This document shows, in pieces, positions 11,321 to 20,000 of a stretch of DNA of 20,000 bases (positions are counted from its first letter, which is position 1; every line of letters starts with the position of its first letter). The translations under genes were made by a program, and so were the position numbers. Origin of the DNA: Cirrosporium novae-zelandiae. Its lineage: Eukaryota. Location of the stretch: the NCBI GenBank assembly GCA_026023565.1, contig JAPETS010000039.1:242965-262964 (forward strand), read 5' to 3'. The notes under the pieces are model-generated. The model searched no databases and was not told the origin of the DNA. It saw nothing but the letters and a program-made list of their open reading frames with translations.

Positions 11321-11552
11321 GGAGTGAATGTCTCTATACTGGAGTGAAGGCTATACTGAAGTGAATGTTATACTGAAGTGAATGTTATACTGAAGTGAAT
11401 GCCTCTATACTGAAGCAGCGTTGTCGATGGACTGGCCCAAATAGACGATCTACTCTAGACCGTCTATAGACCTTAGACCGACCAGACCAAAGGAGCCGGT
11501 CTGGTCTATCGACAACGCTGCACTAAAGTGAATACCTCTATTGGAGTGAATG
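11321..11552. repeat. Degenerate 17-22 bp minisatellite, core GRAGTGAATG..TATACT, about 7 units
   Basis: Units GGAGTGAATGTCTCTATACT, GGAGTGAAGGCTATACT, GAAGTGAATGTTATACT x2, GAAGTGAATGCCTCTATACT, one unit split by the MITE, and GGAGTGAATG. Confidence 0.9.
11416..11520. mobile_element. 105-bp non-autonomous TIR element (MITE), probably hAT-derived
   Basis: Perfect 13-bp TIR CAGCGTTGTCGAT / ATCGACAACGCTG that extends imperfectly inward. 8-bp flanks TACTGAAG (11408-11415) and CACTAAAG (11521-11528) match 6/8, both differences being transitions. Internal AGACC/GGTCT motifs recur. Removing the element plus one flank restores the minisatellite unit. Confidence 0.8.
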
Positions 11553-14418
11553 CATCAGGTAGCAATCTGAAAATATCCGAAGGTTGAAAAATTCACTCTA
11601 GCGCTGTGAATATCCCCTGCCCTTTTTCTCTATCAAGATGCCAATATCCCTTCAAAAACCTTCCCACTCTCCTTTCTCTACTCTCCTTACTCATATCTAT
11701 CTCTACATATATAGTAAAAGTTCATATCTTCTAACTCGTTTTAATGTGATATAAAAGTTTCTCGTCTCTGAGGTCTAACTTCATATTGATTATACTTCCC
11801 CTTACCTTTCCTTCTCCCCCCCCTCAACTTATCACAGCGTATGCAAAAAGATACCGCCATTTATTACACAGTTCTGCACCCCCTTCCTACCTCATAGTAA
11901 CCATTACGGTTACTGAAGTCGTGCACATAATTTATGTCACTTCTCACAGTCTTGCGAGACTTTTACTGATCGCTTCGTGCGTCGACATTACATATATCTC
12001 TACAGTCTTTCAAGACTATCGCTCGGCGCTTCGTGCGGCGGCGTGAAAATTATATAAATTGGCTCCTGGGTCACATCGAGGTGGTTCCTCCAAGCGAGAA
12101 CGCAGAGCAGTCCCCGCTCCTCCGAACTCTCAAGAAGTTCAAAATTCACTCCAAGTGGAGCACCAATTCCTGTGGAGGAGATGGATACTGACCTCACAGA
12201 GGACCAGATCAAGCATGATGAGTGGTTGGCGAAGAGGCTTCAGGAGGAACTTGAAGAGCGCGACATTGCAGACAAAATGAATAACCTGAGTAGTTTGGGC
12301 TTGAATTCACCAGAAGCCAGTCTAAGTTGAGTAGGTAGGTTAAACTCGAGAGAAGGTCGAGGAGGTTTCTAGATGTTCGAAATCAGCTTCTTGACAGCTC
12401 CAAAGCAAGACCTTATGAAAGGGCTCGTGCTCGCTAATATGTACGAAAATCAGCCACTTGAGACGAAGATGAGGGAGGTCCGCTTAAAAAGTGACCAAAC
12501 CCTCAAGCCGCTCGATGGTGATCACTCCAAGTTGGAGAAGGACGTTTTAAGGGTCAGAGCAGTGGTGGCTAGTAGCAGCAGCGAGCTATTAACTCTAGCC
12601 CCACTAGTTAGAAACAGTTACGGCGCCTTCCATAAAATTCACCCATTTGACAGCCGGAATTGACATGCCAGGTATCGCCGTGGTTGCCGACGGTGTCATG
12701 TGCAAAACACTTTCGCCCGGTCCAACTGGAATTGAGAGAATAGAAGCCATACCTTACCCAGCCGTACGTGAGTTTTCTAACGGTCAAGGTGCGGTTGCTT
12801 TTGCTCGAATGATGCTTGTCAGGGGATCTCGTTTTTCGTATAGCAAGCTGGCACCTCTCTCGACGGGAACGCATACCTGCTGGATCATCCAGACCATCGA
12901 CCAGACGAATCCTGATGAAGTTCCCGATACAGAGACGATCGACAAGGACAACGAAAGCAAAGGCAAAGGGAGAGAATCAGAGGTCCTAGAGTGGCCCAAA
13001 ATTACTTCAAAAAGGCAATGCAAGTCACCATCTTCGTCCAGCTCGACCCAAAGCAAGGGGTTCCGGATAATATCCCACCAATCGGTGCAGATCTCAACTT
13101 CATATTTTTGAACGAAGCGGGCTTTCGTGAATCGAAACGAGGTCATTACTGTAGTATTGTTATTAGTGTTGATATTCGTTTTCTGGACAGCTATAATTTT
13201 GCTGCCAGCGGCTACAAGTCCTCCATCGCATCCCTAGCAGCTGTCCTGGCGGGACATCAAGCAGGCCAAGAAAATGGCCCTAAAAGGTATTAGCTGCCAT
13301 ATGAGGTCGTTCACCAGCACCGATCAGACTACGAAGTCAACGGATGTATTTAAGAACCTTGTTCACCCACATAGACAGATCCAGTACTTCCTACAGGCCT
13401 TCCGTGGGCGGAACCCAGGTGCACCACCGATCGACTATGCTTCTGAGGGTCTGAGGAAGAAGATTAGCCTCCCCGCTGGCTGGACGCTTACAGATAGCCA
13501 GCTTGAGGTAGTGAGTCGTTGTCTGCTCGGAGAGCTTCTTACACTTGTTAGAGGTCTCCCTCCCGGGTGCTGGAAAAATTACAACGATGTGTACTATACT
13601 ACTCATACATGTGCAACTTGGCAACAAACCCTTTGCATGCGCCCCCGGCAACGTTGTAGTTGATAAAATAGTGCGCAAACTCCAAAAGTTGCTAGAACTC
13701 GCTGGTAATATGGACGTCGACATCATCCGCCTGCATGTCAACTCGAGAGAATTCGGTGAGGCATTAGAAAACAAAGAGCTAACTTCGGAAATGCTTGTAG
13801 GTCCCCAGGAAAGAGACGAGGCAATGTTAGCTCAAGAGATAATGTCAATGATCGTAGACCTAAGTGGACTAGAAACCCTCAACCTGAAGCTATATTATTA
13901 TAGTTTTTAAAGATATATATAACGATTTTTGATGACCTAGGGTCATTAAATCAATTTACTATTGCAATAAGCCCTTACATTAAGTATTTAAAACTTATCT
14001 TAAGGTTATAAAGCCTACTATTCCGATATCAAGAGAGGCTAGATGGCTTTCCAAGGAAGTTCGCTTGCTGCAGCTGTTCGTTGGGTGACCAAAGTATGCG
14101 ACATTTTAGCAGGGACATGTACCGTTATCCTTCAGTATCTTCCTAAACTCTTCAAACCAACGGTAGGATTGGGATTGATTGACGGGGCAGCTCAGGCGTG
14201 CGATGCTGATACTATGATCCCACATGGTACGTTTTTCAAGACCCTCAAGAGTACAATTTGGGCTGACAACGATCGTCAGCCTCAGCCTATAGCCGTAGGG
14301 CACTCTTAAAACGATATTCACAAGCAGGCAATGTTCTCGACATTCCAACAGTTCTGTGAGAGTGGACGATTTCCACTAGTAGAAATGAACGAGCAACATA
14401 ACTTCCGGCTGTACCAAG

Positions 14419-14790
14419 GGTTGATCTCGGGCATCGGGACCGACGACTGGGCAGCTGAATTTACGGAGCTACCACATACGACAATAAGGACGGTGGAAAT
14501 CCCGGAGACAAAAGTGGAGGGAAAGGGTGCATGGAGTTGCCAAGTCGTCGCGGAAAGCTCTCCATGCCATTTTTGTAACCAAAATGAACACGAACAAGAT
14601 GCCGCCGCGTGCGGCAGCCTGAAGTTCATGGCGGCTTCAAATCATGCACCTATTAACACCCTCCCAAAAAATGAATAGTACAAATAATAGCATAATTATT
14701 ACGTCTGTGAATATAAATGGAGCATCTGACCGCGACCGGATGCGAAAAGTGTATACATGGATGCTGGCTAACGATGTAGCCGTAATGGAT
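14419..14790. other. 372-bp insertion into the helicase flanked by CAAG direct repeats
   Basis: CAAG at 14415-14418 and 14791-14794. Deleting the insert plus one CAAG gives CTG TAC CAA GCC ACG ATC ACC GAC CAT = LYQATITDHDSV and reconciles the frame change between ORFs 14331 and 14644. Confidence 0.6.
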
Positions 14791-15430
14791 CAAGCCACGA
14801 TCACCGACCATGATTCAGTGAAGCACGACAACCCGGTCCGTAAGGTTGTTCGTGCTTTTAACATGGCTCACTTCGGTTCGGAATCTTCACTACTCCAGCT
14901 GGATATGATCTTTGGACAAGCCCGGACCGAAAAAGGAGGCTATTCTTTGTATAACTGGCCAGAAGTCTTTCTCGCTGTTGATATTGTTAAAGGCCTTCTT
15001 TCGAATAAGAGCAAAGTTATTTAAGAAGGTTATATCGGAGTTATAACTCTATACCATGGCTAGCGAGATCTAATTAAACAGTTCTTGACTGAAACAGGTT
15101 TCGATAACGTGGAGGTATCTAACGTGGATGATTTTCTGGGCCGCGAGCACAAATGCATTATCTTTACGGTTGTTGCTACTCCGGGATCTTATTATGGCCC
15201 AAACATTTTCATAAGGAATCCAAATCAGCTGTGCGTTGCAGTAAGCCGGGCCAAGAATGGCTTATGGATCATAGGCAAGCTCCAGAGCCTAGACAAAGGG
15301 AAAGAGGAAAACGCTATGAAAGATGTGATCTACTACATCCGCAACGACAAGGACGCATGGTCACGAGGACTCGGCCACGATGAGTACATCGACAACTCTC
15401 TAGCGGCTTAAGAAGAGACCGAGGCCATCA

Positions 15431-15829
15431 TTGATATTACCTGAGCTAGAATACCCTCTTTCAATTGCTCTGCAGAATCTTTCATTCAAGGAAAGGACTC
15501 CACCGTTTGCCATTCCGGTCAAAAAGAGAGTCCTGGGAGTCTTCCACACTATATTCCCTTCCAATGCCGACGATATTGACATAGCAGATACGCCGTGGAA
15601 GGATTTTGAGCAGGTTATGAAAGCTGTTGGTTGGTTTTCTACTTCTAACGGAGGTTTAGCCATCACTTTCGAAAAAGCCGACAATGCTTTGCTGGGCCCG
15701 AATGGCAGTATTGTCTTTCATAAACCCCACCCCGATTCCAAAGTTGGTATAGATAGGTTACGCACATTTGGGAAGAGGTTGAACAGGAGGTATAATTGGG
15801 AAAGGGAGGCATTTGAGGCTGCAAGATGA
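15431..15829 (+). other. HicA-toxin-like domain (W.DF...M...G...F...G.I.FHKPHP...GKRL.R.Y.W)
   Basis: PWKDFEQVMKAVGW-STSNGGLAITF-...GSIVFHKPHP (15716-15733)-DSKVGIDRLRTFGKRLNRRYNW resembles the alpha-beta-beta-beta-alpha HicA-type pattern with its FHxPHP motif. The ORF starts at TTG, with no ATG until 15617, so it is most likely the C-terminal part of the helicase gene. Confidence 0.7.
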
Positions 15830-16650
15830 AACTTCTCGTAACGCAACTGAGATTGACGTGGAACTGTCAATAATGAAATTCTTGAATATGGATTGGGTTG
15901 GGCTTGGAATTCGAAGTTGAAACCAGATTTCCTGAAATTCTTTTGTATTATTTCTTCGCTACGATAGATAACTTAATGCTTTCCGAATCTTATGGCAAAA
16001 CTATTTACTTGTGGTTTTGCTTGGTCCCCTACATTGTAGCGGCTAGCGGGGAAGACAGGCGGATGGTGCAGGCTGAGAAATAGGGTACAGTAAATCCTCA
16101 GCGCCAAGTATTTAGACTTCCACCACCAACAACAACAATCTCTGGTAGAACTACACGCGCGCGTTGTTAGATAGGTACCTAGGTAGTTTCCAGTGTTGTT
16201 TGCCTGTCGCTAGTGATTGATGAATATGATTAAAGTGATAAAGAAAAACTCATGGTTGATTACTTAAATTAGGAAAGGTTTGATTTGATTTGTATGCAGA
16301 TGGGGCCGACGATGAGACCGACTTCAAGAATGAAGAATAGCAGTGAATTCCTATCTCCACCGCATTATCATTACCTCTGCCGTTATAGATGATATCTTTT
16401 GGGTTCTATTGACTAGTTTATTGATTGAATGGCATGGGTTATTGCGTTCTTTGTTCACCTGGCATCCTCGCTATTCAAGACTGGCCCTTCATCTCTTACT
16501 CTATTTAGTCATTTCTGCCCCCTATATCCAAAGATTCGAGCTTCTTGAGATTCGCTCAACAGGTGCACTGACCATAATCATTTTTATAGCCAAGATTACT
16601 TCTTCAAAAGAGAATACAGATATCCTACACATTGAATCATATTCATCAAC

Positions 16651-17840
16651 ATGGCAAAACAGTCCCGAAGTCTACTTGTGAAGCTTCGGACTCGATTCAA
16701 ACACGTACCAAAACCAGTAAAGAAACTTGTGTGGCAGAACGATCTCAAAAATGCGGTGACCTACGCAGAGTTCTTGGAATGCAGGCAGACAGATCATACT
16801 AAGGAGTATAACGCAGCAATTGACGAAAGGGACGCAGCATGCAGTGAACTAGCAACTGTTCAGAACTAATATCGCATTGAAGCCGAGTCCCTGAAGGAAA
16901 AAGTCAAAGATCTTAAATCTATCATCAATAGCCTATCCAGAGAAAAATGCAGCCAGGAAGGTCAACCATTTCCACCTTTCGGAATTTCTCCCCACACAGA
17001 TGATCTCACACAGATACTCTTTGACTACGCTCGGTCCTTGGGAGACAAGATTGAGCAGTCAGCTGATAAATGGGGTGATCAAGCAATGGTAAACGTCAGT
17101 TTAAAGGCGGACATTCGTCAAGAGCGGCTATCAAAAGAGATAGCTGTGGCAAGACTTGTTGTTAAGCTAGGAAGGACGGCGCATGACGATAGGATAAAGT
17201 TTCAGAGGTTTGACCTAATCGAACTTGAGCGCAGTGAGCTCGAGGAGGTGAATGATCAACTGGAGAAAGTGTCGCAGATTTCATGAAATCCTGCCTTCTG
17301 AACCACGATGAGGAAGAAGCTATTCACCGGGTTCTACGCTGGAAGAAGTCTCACAGCCATGATGGCGGGTTTGCAACAAAGCTACAGACTGTCACTCATA
17401 AGAATTTCTTTGCACCAAATCAGAACTCAGCAACATCCTCAAACGCTACCTCTAATATCCTGTACGATTCACCGAACCACAATGACTTACCTTCTACCTA
17501 CCCTAATCTACATGATCTACTTTTGGCAGCTGCGTCGGACACAGTAGCAGCTGATATATTAAAAATCGACATTGGCGCACATAATAGCGCCACCCTAGAA
17601 ATCCTCGGTAGACCACAAGCTTCGAGCCTTTCCCCTTCGAGATCCAAAATCAGCTCCGCAACTCAATCACCCATCACAAACAACTTTCTGTCTGCTGCCA
17701 TAAGAGATTATTGGAAGAGAGTGAATGCAGAACGAGAAGCATCAGGTAGACCTAGCACTTCGTTGAAGACCTTGACGAGGGGAAGGGATACCTTTTCCAA
17801 GCCCAGCTTCTTTAGCTGCTATGGTTCTAACAGCAATTAA
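16651..17840 (+). pseudogene. Coiled-coil hypothetical protein pseudogene
   Basis: ATG at 16651. After TAA at 16867-16869 the same frame stays open (YRIEAESLKEKVKDLKSII...) into ORF 17038-17286. A GT duplication near 17269-17272 (GAG AAA GT GTC GCA GAT TTC ATG) links it to ORF 17283-17840. The N-terminal half is charged and heptad-like, the C-terminal half Ser/Thr-rich. Confidence 0.6.
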
Positions 17841-18543
17841 TCACTAGAAATAGGGAGAGATCATGAAACCCTCTCGACTAATACTAAGGGCTCGATCATT
17901 CGAACTACAGTTCTTCCTGTCCAAAATACCGAAGACAACCTGCTTAAAGTCCCATGTTTTGGTTATGTTGAGAATACAAAGCTTGTATCGGGATCAGGTC
18001 CCGAATCAAAAATTAGTGGTCATTCGGACTTTGACGGCTCTACGTACAGGTACAGTACAGTGGTCTCTAGGACAGGGAGATGGCGAACGAACGAGCCACA
18101 GAAGCTCGATAGCATGTATTCCTATTCCATTTTCTTTACCCTTCTAATTTCTATTAAATACCGAAGGTTCCCGATTACTACTATTATCACTTTGCTCGAT
18201 TAGGGATGATGGGGTTTATGATATTATCCAAAAGCCTAAACGGCAAAAATCAATTACAAAGGTACATTCGACGGGTAGAAATGAAAGCGACCAGAGTATT
18301 TGTAGATATCTAATTGAAGATGTTACATTCTGATTATCTATAAAAAATAGTACTGTACGCCTTGACGTTTCTTGGCAGGGGAAAATAAAATTCCAGAGAG
18401 TCCAAATGCCAGTAAAGTTAACAGGGATGACTTCATGGTAATTCTAGTGTCGTTCCATAGAGCTTCTTATCAACATTACTTCTTCCACCTTTAGATTTTT
18501 CCATCATGTTTTTGATTAGAGTCTAGTCGCATTCTCCTCAACC

Positions 18544-19885
18544 ATGACGACCGAGGACGACATCTATCGCACCTCCACTCAATACCGCCTTTGGTCCTTT
18601 ACCCCCGAGTCACTCGCCTCTCTTCGGTCCAGCACGAATGAACTAGCTGCCGAGCATGTACGCGAAGCCATCAAACGAGCCCGGGAATCTCATGACACCA
18701 CTGCGCAAGCTGCCTCACCCGCGAATGGAATTGATGGAGAGCCGATAATAGGCCAGGATCAAGAAAATGGCGATGGAAGTAAAGAAGAGATTGAGTGTTT
18801 GGCCGTCGAGGAGGAGCAGAAATTAGTTGGATTTTACTGCCAGAAATGTTTGGAGCTGGCCGATGCTATCCCTCAGCCTCATGGACCCCTCCCTACTCAC
18901 GTCAAGGTATGTTATATTTTCTTGAGGATATTCTACTTCTGCGAAGCTTGACAGAAGAATTTCTGACTCAGTCCTTTAGGCAACCGCTGTGCAGTACCTT
19001 AAGCGCTTCTATCTCAGCAACAGCCCAATGACATATCATCCCAAATCCCTTATGCCCTCTGCTCTGTTCCTGGCCACCAAAACGGAAAACCATTACATCT
19101 CCCTCTCCAAATTCTCAAGCTTCGTCAGGAATTCAACCCCCGACACCATAATAGCGCCCGAATTTCTCTTAACCCAGTCCCTCCGGTTCACCTTCTCCGT
19201 CCACCATCCTTTCCATGGCCTCGAAGGGGGCTTCATGGAACTCACCGCCCTAGCCAATGGCGACGGCTTTGGCCTTCCCAACGAGCTCGAATCCGAAAAG
19301 GCGGAAATCCAGTCACAGATGCTCAATCTCCCCATAGTAGGAGGTGGATTCAAAAAACGCCCCCGCCAGACCGTCACCGAGGTCAAAACCAGTGTGAAAA
19401 CAGGCTGCGACCGTGCGCGGGAAACACTTAAAACCTCCTCCGTCCTCGGAGACGCCTATTTTCTCTTCACGCCAGCCCAAATCTGGCTTGCGGCGCTAGC
19501 CATCCACGACAAACCACTCGCGGATTTCTATCTCGACGCAAAACTGCAGGTCGTTTCCTCTTCATCTAGCCCCGCTATACAGAAAACAAGAGAAGCTTTA
19601 AAAACAAAACTCCTTCGCACCCTCAACAAATGCACCTCCCTTCTCCAATCCTACACCGGTCCCGTCGCACGAGGCTCCCCCCAAATGGAAGAGCTCCGAA
19701 ACATCGACAAGAAGCTCTACAAATGCACAAACCCCGAGAAAAAAGACATTGTGAGCTTGAACCGCGCTGTCAAGCGCGAGAAGGTGGACGGAGTGGGGCG
19801 GGAAGAAAAAGAAGCAAAGAGGAGAAGGACAGAAAAAGAAAAGGATGACCTTTTTGGCCCGTCGTTGACGGTTCAAACTAAATAA
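18544..19885 (+). CDS. CCL1: Cyclin H (Ccl1/Mcs2), TFIIH/CAK cyclin, ~422 aa
   Basis: Exons 18544-18906 and 18980-19885, intron GTATGT..CTGAC..TAG. Motifs EDDIYRTSTQYRLWSFT, EEEQKLVGFYC, VK|ATAVQYLKRFYLSNSPMTYHPK, LFLATKTEN, PEFLLTQSLRFTF.V.HPF, DAYFLFTPAQIWLAA, IDKKLYKCTNPEK. Confidence 0.96.
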
Positions 19886-19923
19886 TTTTTTTTGGTTGAA
19901 GATTTTGGGATTTTGTGGAGTTT

Positions 19924-19946
19924 GGGAGGGGGGGGGGGGGGGTGGG
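19924..19946. repeat. Poly-G tract (G15 at 19928-19942) downstream of CCL1
   Basis: GGGA G15 TGGG about 40 nt after the stop codon. Confidence 0.85.
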
Positions 19947-20000
19947 TAAAGCTGGAGTTTTATACTAGCCATGGTAACTTTTGAGCTGAAGGCTCGTTCG

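Larger units (their letters stand above)
12059..15829 (+). pseudogene. Upf1/DNA2-NAM7-like SF1B helicase pseudogene (AAA_11/AAA_12-type) with N-terminal MIU-like motif and apparent C-terminal HicA-like domain
   Basis: Helicase motifs appear in order: Q-motif WTLTDSQ; Walker A G(L)PGAGKIT broken by a CTCC duplication near 13556-13563; Ia CAPGNVVVD; II IDGAAQ; III DNDRQPQP; FSTFQQF; NEQH; SLYNWPE; IGVITLYHG*; V SNVDDFLGRE; VI QLCVAVSRAKNGLWIIG. Many stops and frameshifts. The 5' boundary is approximate. Confidence 0.88.

Noticed and set aside
11321..11552. CRISPR-like array
   Set aside because: Units are directly adjacent with no unique spacers. The one 'spacer' is a TIR element, the context is eukaryotic, and there are no cas genes.
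13890..14042. AT-rich transposon insertion or intron
   Set aside because: The reading frame is preserved, there is no convincing donor/branch pair or TSD, and the stop pattern fits mutated coding sequence better.
12059..15411. Helitron or the genuine UPF1/SEN1/DNA2 ortholog
   Set aside because: The motifs are Upf1-family rather than PIF1-type and no HUH Rep domain is visible. There is no Upf1 CH zinc domain or Dna2 nuclease domain, and the gene is too disrupted to be the housekeeping copy.
13908..15411. Stop-codon reassignment or A-to-I repair of the helicase
   Set aside because: Intact neighbouring genes end with TAG, TGA and TAA. Editing would give Trp rather than the expected Gln. Frameshifts, an insertion and degenerate catalytic motifs (DGAAQ, FLGRE) cannot be rescued that way.
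16343..16681. 112-aa hydrophobic ORF
   Set aside because: GTG start, and the hydrophobicity follows from T/C-rich promoter/5'UTR composition upstream of ATG 16651.
17863..18147. 94-aa ORF
   Set aside because: No recognisable features. It lies in the intergenic region upstream of CCL1.

Overview
Eukaryotic DNA from a filamentous ascomycete (Pezizomycotina-type short GT..AG introns with CTRAY branch sites). Apparently intact genes are an F-box-like protein, a 14-TM Atr1/DHA2-type MFS transporter, RIT1, a small three-exon Cys-rich CYSTM-like gene on the minus strand that the ORF track misses, and cyclin H (CCL1/Mcs2). Between the Cys-rich gene and CCL1 lies a ~8 kb accessory block of decayed sequence. 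It holds a GAGTGAAT-core minisatellite interrupted by a 105-bp hAT-like MITE, a large pseudogene, and a coiled-coil pseudogene. The large pseudogene reconstructs as a putative ubiquitin-binding MIU motif + Upf1/DNA2-NAM7-like SF1B helicase + C-terminal HicA-like (FHKPHP) domain. It carries RIP-like CpA>TpA stops, frameshifts and a 372-bp insertion. The helicase-HicA-like fusion is the best candidate for an undescribed fungal defence/conflict system. All family calls come from motif recognition by eye, not database searches.
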